Assembly (NCBI GenBank): GCA_947501605.1
Contig: CANMWZ010000003.1
Location: forward strand, 192,001 to 256,000
Length of the DNA stretch: 64,000 nucleotides
Source: Planctomycetota bacterium
Lineage (GTDB): Bacteria > Planctomycetota > UBA1135 > UBA2386
Reading direction: 5' to 3'
Position numbers and translations under genes: made by a program. The notes beneath the pieces are model-generated. The model was not told the origin of the DNA. It worked only from the letters and a program-made list of their open reading frames with translations, and ran no database searches. Shown piece after piece: positions 28,965-37,589 of this stretch; position 1 is the first letter of the stretch, and the number at the start of each line of letters is the position of its first letter.

Positions 28965-31900
28965 TTAGCCGAAGCCGACGGCTTCTTCGCCGGCAATCCG
29001 CTGCTTGCGTGCCGGATCGGACTTGGCAACCACGGGGCCGCTGACCTGAAAGCTGTCGATCTCGCTGAGGGCAACCGCGATGCGTGAACTGACGCCTCGC
29101 CGCTGCATCGTGATGCCGTAGAGCGCCTGACATTCGGCCATCGTGCGCTTGTGGTGTGTGACGATGCAGAACTGGGTGTCCTGCGTGAAGTCACGCAGCA
29201 CGCGCAGGAAGCGCTCGACGTTGGTCTCGTCGAGGGCCGCGTCGACTTCGTCGAGGATGCAGAACGGCGAGGGGCGCACCTTGAACAGCGCGAACAGGAT
29301 CGCAACGGCCGTGAGTGAGCGCTCGCCACCGGACAGCAGGTTGATCGACTGCAACTGTTTGCCGGGAGGCTGCGCCACGATCTCGATGCCGGCTTCGAGC
29401 AGGTCCTCGGTCTCGTGCAGGAACATGTCCGCCTTGCCGCCCTGGAAGAGCTTGCGGAAGATGTCTTGGAAGTTCTTGCGGGCTTCCGCGAAGGTCTGCT
29501 CGAAGAGAGTCTTCGACTCGACTTCGAGCTTTCGCAACGTCTCCATCAGCGCGCGGCGCGCGTCCTTCAAGTCCTGCACCTCTTGTTCGAGCGTGCCGAA
29601 CTGACCTTCCTCCTGCGCCAGCTCAGCAACTGCGTCGACGTTGACGGCGCCGAGACGGTCCTTCTGGCTCTGCAGCACTTGGACCTCGCGCCGCGCTTCG
29701 ACCGGATTGAAGTCCGCGGACAGCCAGAGCCGAGCCATGCCGTAGTGGTGCCCGACGTAGCTTGGTGGAAGTGGCGGCCCCTGCAGGCAGTCGACGGCGT
29801 GAAGAGGCGGCGGCGGCCCGATCGCATCGTCCATGTACTCGATGCCGAGCCCACTGACGTCACCAAGGCAGCGCAGCAGCTCGATGCCGACATCTTCACG
29901 AAGACGGTCTTCCAATCGTTGGAAGCGATGTTCTTGCTCGACGGACTGCAGCCGGTGCTCGTTGAGCTGTTCACCGGCGGCGCGGAAACCCTGGTCGCAC
30001 TGCTGCAAGTCCTGTTGCGCTTGCCGATGTGCTTGGCGGGCGGCGTCGTGTTCGCCTTCCGCGGACTCGCGCCGACTCTCATGTTCGACGAGTTGGTCGT
30101 CGAGGGCGGCCACGAGATCCCGATAGCGCTGGGCCTCGGCTCCGGCGCGCGCGGCGTTGTCGATGTTCTGTTGCACCGAGTCCGCAAGGTCTTCGAGACC
30201 AGCATCGATCTCGCGCAGCGCGTCCTCGTGCATCCGGATCGCGCGCACGAGGCCCTCGCGAGTCTCCGTCAGCTTGGCCTGCTGCAGACGCAACTCTTGT
30301 TCGACCCTCGAGGCGGCATTCGCTGCCATCTCAGCCTGCACGATTCGGTCACTCAGGCTCGCTTCGGCCGCAGCGCGGTCTGCCTCGCGGCGGCTCAGCA
30401 AGTGCTGATCCATCAACGCACGACCAAGGAAGGCGAGTGCCCGAGCTGTCACGAGCGACAACTCGGCGGCCTCGACGGCCAACTCCGCCAGCTCGCGATC
30501 GATGTCGGCGGTGCGCGCGGCAACGCGGGTCAACTGACCTTCGGCAGCTTGGGCTTGGCGACGCGCTTCCTGAAGCGAACCGCCCAGCGCGCGCAGTTCG
30601 AGCTTGAGTCGGTCAACACGGGACACGGCGCGCTCCTTGCCATCCGCAAGTGCGAGCAAGCGCCCCTCCACCACCCCGGCCGATGCATGCAGGTCCTGGA
30701 TCTGTGAGCGACGAACGACCAGACCCGTATGGCCCTCGGCCGCTTCGCCACCTTCCAGACGCGGGCCGCACAGCAGCTGGCCCAGGACCGTCACAAAACA
30801 CAGATCCGCACGCCGGCTGTCCGCAACCTGAAGACTCGGAACGAGCACGACGCCACGCAGCAACCACGCCAACATCCGGCGACTCGGCTCGCTCGAACCC
30901 GACGGCCGCACGAGTTCGAGCAACGAACGCGCATCGGCCGGCAACGGCAACATCGAGGCGCCGGTGACTTCGGCAGTGAACTCCTCTTCGACCAGGAGCA
31001 ACACACGGCCAAGTCGCTTGGCTTCCAACTCGGCAACGATCGCCGCAGCGTTCTGTCGCGTATCGACGACGAGTGCCTGGACGTAGGAGCCCAACGCCGC
31101 TTCGAGCGCGGTGCTGTAGTGCAGATCGATCTCCAAGAGATCCACCAGGCGACCGCGCAGTCCTTGCGGCTTCTGCGCCAGGACGTGCTTGGGCCCCTGA
31201 TCGAGGCCCTCGAGCTGTGCTTCCATGGCCGACAGCGCCTGCCGGCGGCCATCGAGTTGCGACCACTCTCGCCGCAACTCGGATTCGTGCTGCGCCAGCT
31301 CTGCAGCGGTCGCATCCGCAGCTTGGAGGTCCAGGAGAGCCCGCGCTTCGCGCTCCTGCAGAATGCGCTCGCGCGTTTGCACGTGCCGCAATTCGGCGCC
31401 GAAGGTGTCCCGTTGCGCACGCAGAGTCTCGGACTCCGTCGAAACCGCGACTTGGCGCTCGCTGAGCTTGCTACCACGCGCGCGCGCCGACGCGATCTTT
31501 GCCTCTTGGTCGACGGCTGAGTTGCGGGCACGTGCCCGCGCGTGCAACAGACCGAGAAGTTCGGAACGGATCGCCTCGCGCTGCTGGGCTTGCGCGCGAA
31601 GTTCGTGTTGGCAGTCGCTCGCGACGCGGCGTTGCTCTTCCAGTTCTCGATGCAGCTCGATGAGAGCCGCTTCGCGCGCGGTGAGGTCATCGCGCGTCGA
31701 CTCGAGTGCTGTCCCTCGCTCCATTCGCTGGCTCGCAAGGTTCTGCCCGCGCAGACGACCGCGATCGGCCTCGGCTTCGAGGTCTCGCTGTCGCTGCCCC
31801 TGAGCCTGCGCTCGTTCGGCCTGCGTGTTGCATTCGTTGCGGCAGCGATGGAGCTCGGACCGGACGGATTCGAGCGCCTCGGCGCAGAGCGCGATGGCGG

Positions 31901-32717
31901 CATCGCCTTGCGCCACGCTTTCGACGCAGCCTTCACGACGCTCGGCCGCGGCATCGACTGCGGCTTCGAGCTCGAACAGCTTCTGGCGCTGCTCGTGCAA
32001 CTGCTCCCGCAACTGCGAACCCTCGATCACCGCGACCGCTGAACGGAGATCGCGCAGCGCCGATTGCAGTTCTTGGAGCCGACGCGCCTTGCCAGCCTGG
32101 ATGCGCAAGCTGCGGATACGGCGGCTGCGTTCCTCCAGCAGATCGGTGACCCGCGCGAGGTTCTGGTCGGTGCGCTCGAGTTTTCGCAGCGCTTCCTTCT
32201 TTTGCAGCTTGAACCTCGAGACGCCGGCGGCCTCCTCGAAGATGGCGCGCCGCGCTTCCGGATTGGCCGACAGCACCGCATCGATGCGCCCCTGCTCCAT
32301 CACCGAGTAGCCACCGGTCCCGAGCCCGGTGTCGAGCAGCACGTCGCGCACGTCCTTGAGGCGCACTTCGGTGCCGTTCAGCAGGTAGCTCGACTCCTTC
32401 TCCAGCGTCAGCCGGCGCGAGATGTCGATCTCGGTGCGACCTTCGAGTTTGCCCTCGGGATCCTCGAACGTGATCGTCACCTCCGCCATGCCCATGGCGT
32501 CCCGACCCTCGGCGCCCTTGAAGATGACGTCCGTCATCTCCGTGCCGCGCAAGCTCTTCGCTCGCTGGTCGCCCAAGACCCACTTGATCGCATCGACGAC
32601 GTTCGACTTGCCGCAGCCGTTGGGGCCGATGATGCCGGTCAATCGCGAGTCGAACTCGAACTCGGTACGGTCGGCGAAGGACTTGAATCCACGCGCGACA
32701 AGACGCTTCAAGCGCAT
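28965..32717 (-). CDS. smc: Chromosome segregation protein SMC
   Basis: GFKSFAD, GPNGCGKSNVVDA, FEEAAG, coiled coils and hinge, LLSGGERSL, LDEVDAALD. Confidence 0.97.
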   Translation of the reverse strand: MRLKRLVARGFKSFADRTEFEFDSRLTGIIGPNGCGKSNVVDAIKWVLGDQRAKSLRGTEMTDVIFKGAEGRDAMGMAEVTITFEDPEGKLEGRTEIDISRRLTLEKESSYLLNGTEVRLKDVRDVLLDTGLGTGGYSVMEQGRIDAVLSANPEARRAIFEEAAGVSRFKLQKKEALRKLERTDQNLARVTDLLEERSRRIRSLRIQAGKARRLQELQSALRDLRSAVAVIEGSQLREQLHEQRQKLFELEAAVDAAAERREGCVESVAQGDAAIALCAEALESVRSELHRCRNECNTQAERAQAQGQRQRDLEAEADRGRLRGQNLASQRMERGTALESTRDDLTAREAALIELHRELEEQRRVASDCQHELRAQAQQREAIRSELLGLLHARARARNSAVDQEAKIASARARGSKLSERQVAVSTESETLRAQRDTFGAELRHVQTRERILQEREARALLDLQAADATAAELAQHESELRREWSQLDGRRQALSAMEAQLEGLDQGPKHVLAQKPQGLRGRLVDLLEIDLHYSTALEAALGSYVQALVVDTRQNAAAIVAELEAKRLGRVLLLVEEEFTAEVTGASMLPLPADARSLLELVRPSGSSEPSRRMLAWLLRGVVLVPSLQVADSRRADLCFVTVLGQLLCGPRLEGGEAAEGHTGLVVRRSQIQDLHASAGVVEGRLLALADGKERAVSRVDRLKLELRALGGSLQEARRQAQAAEGQLTRVAARTADIDRELAELAVEAAELSLVTARALAFLGRALMDQHLLSRREADRAAAEASLSDRIVQAEMAANAASRVEQELRLQQAKLTETREGLVRAIRMHEDALREIDAGLEDLADSVQQNIDNAARAGAEAQRYRDLVAALDDQLVEHESRRESAEGEHDAARQAHRQAQQDLQQCDQGFRAAGEQLNEHRLQSVEQEHRFQRLEDRLREDVGIELLRCLGDVSGLGIEYMDDAIGPPPPLHAVDCLQGPPLPPSYVGHHYGMARLWLSADFNPVEARREVQVLQSQKDRLGAVNVDAVAELAQEEGQFGTLEQEVQDLKDARRALMETLRKLEVESKTLFEQTFAEARKNFQDIFRKLFQGGKADMFLHETEDLLEAGIEIVAQPPGKQLQSINLLSGGERSLTAVAILFALFKVRPSPFCILDEVDAALDETNVERFLRVLRDFTQDTQFCIVTHHKRTMAECQALYGITMQRRGVSSRIAVALSEIDSFQVSGPVVAKSDPARKQRIAGEEAVGFG

Positions 32718-32721
32718 GCGA

Positions 32722-33141
32722 TCACTCCCGCACCAGTCGGTTCATGCCGGAGGATGCCACCGATGGCAAGACCACCGGCCCCTCGTTGACGATGGACAGC
32801 ATGCGGCCTTCCGGCGACAGGATCGCACGGCGCATGCAGCGCTCCTTCTGCATCGCTTCGAACGCGACGGCCGCAGCAGCATGACCGTTGGCGACGAGAA
32901 CGCCTTGCACGGCAGCCGCAAGTTCGATGGTCGACAGCACGGCGACGCCGGCGTCGGCAAGCGAACTTCGACGACACCGCAAGCCCGTCAGCACAGCGGA
33001 CGTGATCTCAAGTGCGCGCCAATCCTCGTCGACACCGACGCTCTGCAAAGCCAAGTGCACCGATCGCGCCAGCTTGGTGGCGCGAAGGAACTCCTGACGA
33101 CCATCACGCTTCTGAACCAGATGTTCCGACCGCCGCTTCAT
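32722..33141 (-). CDS. Stand-alone ATP-cone-like protein
   Basis: N-terminal VQKRDGRQE...KLARSV and C-terminal STIEL...VQGVL..NGH..AA.AF match the ATP-cone pattern; coupled to nrdR and smc. Confidence 0.65.
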   Translation of the reverse strand: MKRRSEHLVQKRDGRQEFLRATKLARSVHLALQSVGVDEDWRALEITSAVLTGLRCRRSSLADAGVAVLSTIELAAAVQGVLVANGHAAAAVAFEAMQKERCMRRAILSPEGRMLSIVNEGPVVLPSVASSGMNRLVRE

Positions 33142-33610
33142 CGCTACCGCCCTCCCGTCGCTTCTCCAGCATCGGCTTCAGCTCCTCGAGAAACTGGCTC
33201 ACGTCCTTGAACTCGCGATAGACCGACGCGAATCGAACGTACGCCACCTGATCGAGTTGCCGCAGCTCCTGCATGATGAGGCTACCAATGACCTTGCTCG
33301 GCACCTCCTTGTCGAAGGCTTCCATGCACTGCCGTTCGATGCGGTCGGCGATGGCCTCGAGAGTCTCGAGGGACACCGGCCGCTTTTCGCACGCGTGGAT
33401 CATTCCACTGAGCACCTTCTGCCGGTCGAACGCGACGCGTTCTCCGTTCTTCTTCACCACTCGCAACGGCGCCGTCTCGACGCGTTCGTAGGTGGTGTAG
33501 CGACGGCCACAATCGGCGCAAACGCGACGGCGACGGATGGCAAAACCATCCGCGCTGGCGCGCGAGTCGATCACGCGGTCGTTGTCGGCCTTGCAGTAGG
33601 GGCAGCGCAT
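33104..33610 (-). CDS. nrdR: Transcriptional repressor NrdR
   Basis: MRCPYC, VIDSR, IRRRRVC..C..RYTTYE, ACEKRPV, DQVAYVRFASVYREFKD. Confidence 0.97.
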   Translation of the reverse strand: MRCPYCKADNDRVIDSRASADGFAIRRRRVCADCGRRYTTYERVETAPLRVVKKNGERVAFDRQKVLSGMIHACEKRPVSLETLEAIADRIERQCMEAFDKEVPSKVIGSLIMQELRQLDQVAYVRFASVYREFKDVSQFLEELKPMLEKRREGGSDEAAVGTSGSEA

Positions 33611-33677
33611 GGACACCTGCCGCCGCCGCCCCAGACCTGGCTGACCCCAGGCTATAGAGCTGGCGACGAACGCGGGA

Positions 33678-33707
33678 ACCTTACCGACACAACGCCTTGT
33701 GTGTCAA
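33678..33707 (-). promoter_or_regulatory. sigma70 promoter of nrdR with an NrdR-box-like palindrome in the spacer
   Basis: Minus strand TTGACA (33707-33702)-N18-TAAGGT (33683-33678); ACACAAcgccTTGTGT at 33687-33702. Confidence 0.65.
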
Positions 33708-33750
33708 AGGCCAGCGCAGGCCTTTCGCGCACGGCCTGGGCCCGAGGCAG

Positions 33751-35067
33751 TTACTTGCCCAGACAAAACCTGCCATAGATGCGGTCGAGCAGGTCCTCGA
33801 CGCCGTGACTCCCATCGATGTCGTCGAACGCACGCAGCGCCTCCTGCAAATCCTGACTGCAGAGCTCTGGAGCAGTCGCAGACGCCGCGCGCAAGAGCGC
33901 GGTCGCAGCGCGCACCAAGGCGTGGCGGACGGGCGCGCCGGCATCACGAGCGCCCGTGCGCGCGTGGCGCAGCAGAAAGGCACGCAGTTCCCCGAGACCC
34001 TGACCCGTGTGCGCACTGGTTGCGAAGCCCGGCACGTGCGGCGGCTGGCGCAGGCGATGGCGCACGGCGGCGAGCAGCGACTCGCTGAGCGGCTCCCCCC
34101 AGCGATCCGATTTGGTGAGCACCAGCGCCAGAATCGGCAGTGACGAAATCGGCGGCGGCGGCAAGTCGTCGGGATCCACAACCAGCAGCGCCGCCGCGGC
34201 CAGACCTCCGAGGTGGTCGCGCAACTGCAGTGCGGCGCGATCGATCGCTGTCGGTTCGTCGAGATCGCCGGGCGCATCCCAGACCGCTGTATGTGCGGAC
34301 AGTTCGAGCCGCACGACATCGCGCGTGGTGCCAGGCTGCGCGTCCACCAGCAATGTGTCGTGCCCGGCGAGCGCATTCCCGAGCGACGACTTACCGGCGT
34401 TGCTGCGACCGAGCAACAACACCTCCCCGCCGGCGAGGGCCATCGGCAATCGCTGCTGCAGGGCGAGGACTTCCTCGAGCGCCAGCGCCAGTGGCGTGCG
34501 CCAGGCTGCATCCGGCACCGCACCGGTGTCCCCCTCCTCGAAGTCGAGCCCGAGTTCCAACAGCGCCAGCGTGTCCTGCACTCTGCTGCGGATGGCAGCA
34601 ACCGCAGCCGAGAGGCCCCCGCGCAGCCAGGACGCACCGGCAGCGACGGCGGCCGCGTCGGCGCCGTGGATGAGCATCAGCACGCCTTCTGCCTGGGCGA
34701 GATCCAGGCGCCCATTCTGGCAGGCACGAGCGGTGAACTCACCCGGACGCGCGGGTCGCAGGCCATTGCCGACCGCCGCCACCATGGCCGCCTCGATCGC
34801 AGCGCAGAGCATCGGGCTCCCAGGCACATGCAATTCGACCACGTCTTCGCCGGTGTAACTCCGCGGACTAGGCATATGCAACGCAAGCGCTGGCACACGA
34901 AAGGCACCGACAAGAAGTTCCCCTTCGACCTGTGCGCGGACGGCCGGCAACGATGGCACGAAGACCGCACTCGCAGCGCGCGTGGATAGTGGCCCCGACA
35001 GGCGCAGCACCGCGCGCTCGCCAGACCCCTTGGGACTCGCCACCGCAAAGATCGTGTCGCCGAGCAC
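33751..35067 (-). CDS. mnmE: tRNA modification GTPase MnmE/TrmE
   Basis: DTIFAVAS, PRSYTGEDVVELH, ARPGEFTARA..NGRLDLAQAE, GRSNAGKSS, PGTTRD, C-terminal FCLGK; GTG start approximate. Confidence 0.93.
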   Translation of the reverse strand: MLGDTIFAVASPKGSGERAVLRLSGPLSTRAASAVFVPSLPAVRAQVEGELLVGAFRVPALALHMPSPRSYTGEDVVELHVPGSPMLCAAIEAAMVAAVGNGLRPARPGEFTARACQNGRLDLAQAEGVLMLIHGADAAAVAAGASWLRGGLSAAVAAIRSRVQDTLALLELGLDFEEGDTGAVPDAAWRTPLALALEEVLALQQRLPMALAGGEVLLLGRSNAGKSSLGNALAGHDTLLVDAQPGTTRDVVRLELSAHTAVWDAPGDLDEPTAIDRAALQLRDHLGGLAAAALLVVDPDDLPPPPISSLPILALVLTKSDRWGEPLSESLLAAVRHRLRQPPHVPGFATSAHTGQGLGELRAFLLRHARTGARDAGAPVRHALVRAATALLRAASATAPELCSQDLQEALRAFDDIDGSHGVEDLLDRIYGRFCLGK

Positions 35068-35105
35068 CACCAGAACGTAGCCGAGGGCGGGCTTTCGCGC
35101 CGCCC

Positions 35106-36332
35106 TCAGGCGTTGGTGCCAGCCAACCTTCCGGTCGCAAACGCAGCCTGGAAGTTGAAGCCTCCAATCGGCCCATCGACATCCAGGATCTCGCCGCAGA
35201 GGAACAGCCCCGCCTGCTTCCGTGACTGCATCGACCTCGGATCGACTTCGTCGAGCGCGACGCCACCGCGCGTCACCTCGGCATGGTCGAAGCCCAGGCT
35301 GCGGCGCACGCGGAGGCGCAGGTTCTTCACCACTAGCAGCAAGCGCTGCCGCGCACTGCGATCGAGATTGGCGAGCGTGGTCTCGCGACAGCCGGCAAGT
35401 TCGCACAGGACTACGCGCAGTCGCTCCGGCAAGTAGTCAGGCAACAGCGCCCCGGAATGCCGACGCCCATGAACGCGGGCGGTTTCGAGCCACGTGTGCT
35501 GCAGCGACTCCTCGCTCTGGAGCGGCGCGAAGTCGAACCGAAGCTCGGCGCCGCCGCGCTCCTCAACATCACCAGCCAAGTCCATCGGCGCCGGCCCAGA
35601 CAGTCCCTTGTGCGTGAACAAGATCGGCCGCGTGCGCCGATTGACGACGCGGCCGCCATCGTCAAGCACGGCGAGTTCCACGCCGTGCAGCACGATGCCT
35701 TGCAGCGACCGCACCCAAGCATCGTCGACCAGTAGAGGTGCCAGCGCTGGGACGCACGCCGTGATCGTGTGGCCAAAGGCGGTGGCGAAGCGATAGCCAT
35801 CGCCCGTCGCGCCCGTCTTCGGGTAGCTGAGGCCTCCCGTGGCTAGCACGAGACTGGCGGCGCGGACTTCACCGCGCGGGGTCGCCACGAGAAAGCGATC
35901 GCCCTCGCGACGAACACCCGTCAGCGGCGAGGAAGTGCGCACTTCCGCGCCAGCTGCGGCGGCATCGCGCAACAGCGCCTCGAGCACGTCGCGCGCCTTC
36001 TGGGAGACTGGAAACAGCTTCTCCAAGTCCTCTTCGCGCAGCGGCACGCCGAGTCGGTGGAAGTGCTCGACGACAGCCGTCGGCGGCAGCATGTGCATTG
36101 CATGCCGAAGAAAGCGCCCGCGTCGCTCGCCGTATTGAAGCTCGAGGTCGCGCCCCGAACGCGTCGTGGTGACGTTGCAACGACCACCGCCGCTGATCAG
36201 GATCTTGAGTCCGGGGCGCTCGTTTTTTTCCAACAGCACCGTGCGACGACCACGAGCCGCAGCCGCCGCCGCAGCGAGCAGGCCAGCTGCACCACCACCA
36301 GCGACGACGACGTCGACATCGGAAGCGGGCAT
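35106..36332 (-). CDS. HI0933/BaiN/YhiN family flavoprotein
   Basis: GGGAAGL, KILISGGGRCNVT, ATGGLSYPKTGATGDGY, AEVTRGGV, GEILDVDGPIGGFNFQAAF. Confidence 0.93.
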   Translation of the reverse strand: MPASDVDVVVAGGGAAGLLAAAAAAARGRRTVLLEKNERPGLKILISGGGRCNVTTTRSGRDLELQYGERRGRFLRHAMHMLPPTAVVEHFHRLGVPLREEDLEKLFPVSQKARDVLEALLRDAAAAGAEVRTSSPLTGVRREGDRFLVATPRGEVRAASLVLATGGLSYPKTGATGDGYRFATAFGHTITACVPALAPLLVDDAWVRSLQGIVLHGVELAVLDDGGRVVNRRTRPILFTHKGLSGPAPMDLAGDVEERGGAELRFDFAPLQSEESLQHTWLETARVHGRRHSGALLPDYLPERLRVVLCELAGCRETTLANLDRSARQRLLLVVKNLRLRVRRSLGFDHAEVTRGGVALDEVDPRSMQSRKQAGLFLCGEILDVDGPIGGFNFQAAFATGRLAGTNA

Positions 36333-36413
36333 GTTTGAAAGCTCCGGGAGAGACGGCCGCAACTTGGGCAGCGGCCGTGGGCTCAACTCCAAGAACCAGT
36401 CGGGCCCGTCTTT

Positions 36414-36435
36414 GGGCCCCAGAGTCTTGGGGCCC
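36414..36435 (-). terminator. GC-rich hairpin downstream of the rplC and small-ORF unit
   Basis: GGGCCCCA-GAGTCT-TGGGGCCC, 8-bp stem; no clear U-tract on the minus strand. Confidence 0.35.
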
Positions 36436-36480
36436 TAAGGCTTGGAGCCCAGCCGGCGCCCTTTCAGGCCGGCGCCGCTC

Positions 36481-36642
36481 TCAGGCCTTCGCCTGAGCGG
36501 CTGTCTCGTCGGGCTCAGTCACCCGAAGGACCACGCGGCTACCGATCGGAACTGCACGGTTCGCCAAATAGCCCTTGCCGAGCTTCTTCTTCTTGAACCG
36601 ACCGCGGGTAGGACCGCCGTTCTTGCGCCTGGAACGTGCCAT
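36481..36642 (-). CDS. 53-aa highly basic small protein (not in the ORF track)
   Basis: MARSRRKNGGPTRGRFKKKKLGKGYLANRAVPIGSRVVLRVTEPDETAAQAKA; ATG lies 41 nt after the rplC stop; all Lys codons are AAG. Confidence 0.65.
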   Translation of the reverse strand: MARSRRKNGGPTRGRFKKKKLGKGYLANRAVPIGSRVVLRVTEPDETAAQAKA

Positions 36643-36683
36643 GGTGTGTGCCTAGTTGTTATCGAAGGGTTGCTGCGCCGCGA

Positions 36684-37415
36684 TCAGCGCTTGATCTTGA
36701 CCTTGATGCTCTTGGAGAGCATCAGGTAGCCGTTGTTGTGCCCAGGAACGGCGCCACGCAGGTAGACGAGGTTGCGGTCGGCGTCGACCTTGATGACCTC
36801 GAGATTCTGAACGGTCACGCGCTCCACGCCGTAGTGGCCGGCCATTTTCTTGCCCTTAGGCACACCCTTGCTGATCGAGTGCATGCGGCCGAGGCCGCCG
36901 GCCGTGCGATGGTTCAGCGAGTTACCGTGGGAAGTCGGCTGGCGATGGAAGTTCCAGCGCTTGATGGTGCCGGCCCAACCACGACCTTTGGTGGTTCCAA
37001 CCACGTCGACGTTGGTCACGCCCTCGAACAAGCTGGCGCTGACGTCGTCACCAGGTTTGACCGTTGGGGCCTCGCCGAGGCGGAACTCGCGCACGAAGTG
37101 CTTGCTACCTTCCAGGCCGGCCTTCTTTGCTTGGCCCAGGGCGGCCTTGCTCGAGGTTCGGGCTGGGCGGTCATCAAAGCCCAACTGGACCGCGTAGTAG
37201 CCGTCGGCAGCGCGCGTGCGCTCCTGACGACCGCTCTTCTTGCCGCGGTTGCCGGTGCTTGTGCGGTGGCCTTCAGGGTGCTCGCCAGCGGCGACCACTT
37301 TGATCTGGAGGACCTTGCAGGGACCGGCCTGCACCACCGTGACGGGGATACAGGTACCGTCTTCGCGGAAAATCTGGGTCATGCCCAGCTTCTTGCCAAG
37401 GATGCCGAGGGTCAT
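36684..37415 (-). CDS. rplC: 50S ribosomal protein L3
   Basis: GILGKKLGMTQIF, PVTVVQAGPC, DGYYAVQLG, VDVVGTTKGRG.AG.IKRWNF, SHGNS, KGKKMAGHYG, VTVQNL, GAVPG. Confidence 0.97.
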   Translation of the reverse strand: MTLGILGKKLGMTQIFREDGTCIPVTVVQAGPCKVLQIKVVAAGEHPEGHRTSTGNRGKKSGRQERTRAADGYYAVQLGFDDRPARTSSKAALGQAKKAGLEGSKHFVREFRLGEAPTVKPGDDVSASLFEGVTNVDVVGTTKGRGWAGTIKRWNFHRQPTSHGNSLNHRTAGGLGRMHSISKGVPKGKKMAGHYGVERVTVQNLEVIKVDADRNLVYLRGAVPGHNNGYLMLSKSIKVKIKR

Positions 37416-37460
37416 CGATCGTGCTCGCGTGCGCGCAGTCTAGGAACGAAAGGGCGGAGC

Positions 37461-37489
37461 TTTATACGGACTGCAGGGGCCGGGCGCAA
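37461..37489 (-). promoter_or_regulatory. Putative sigma70 promoter for rplC
   Basis: Minus strand TTGCGC-N17-TATAAA, 45 nt before the rplC ATG. Confidence 0.4.
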
Positions 37490-37589
37490 CGGTCGTCCTC
37501 CAGGGATCCGGGCATCCGCCCAGAATCTAGTGAGCAAGGAATGCGGTGCGGATGGCCGGAAGGGTGGTTTCGAGGCCACCGGCGACGAC

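Noticed and set aside
26634..29087. 817-aa antisense ORF spanning the DprE1/E2-like genes
   Set aside because: Codon-mirror of two in-phase abutting genes; stop codons are scarce at high GC; no motifs
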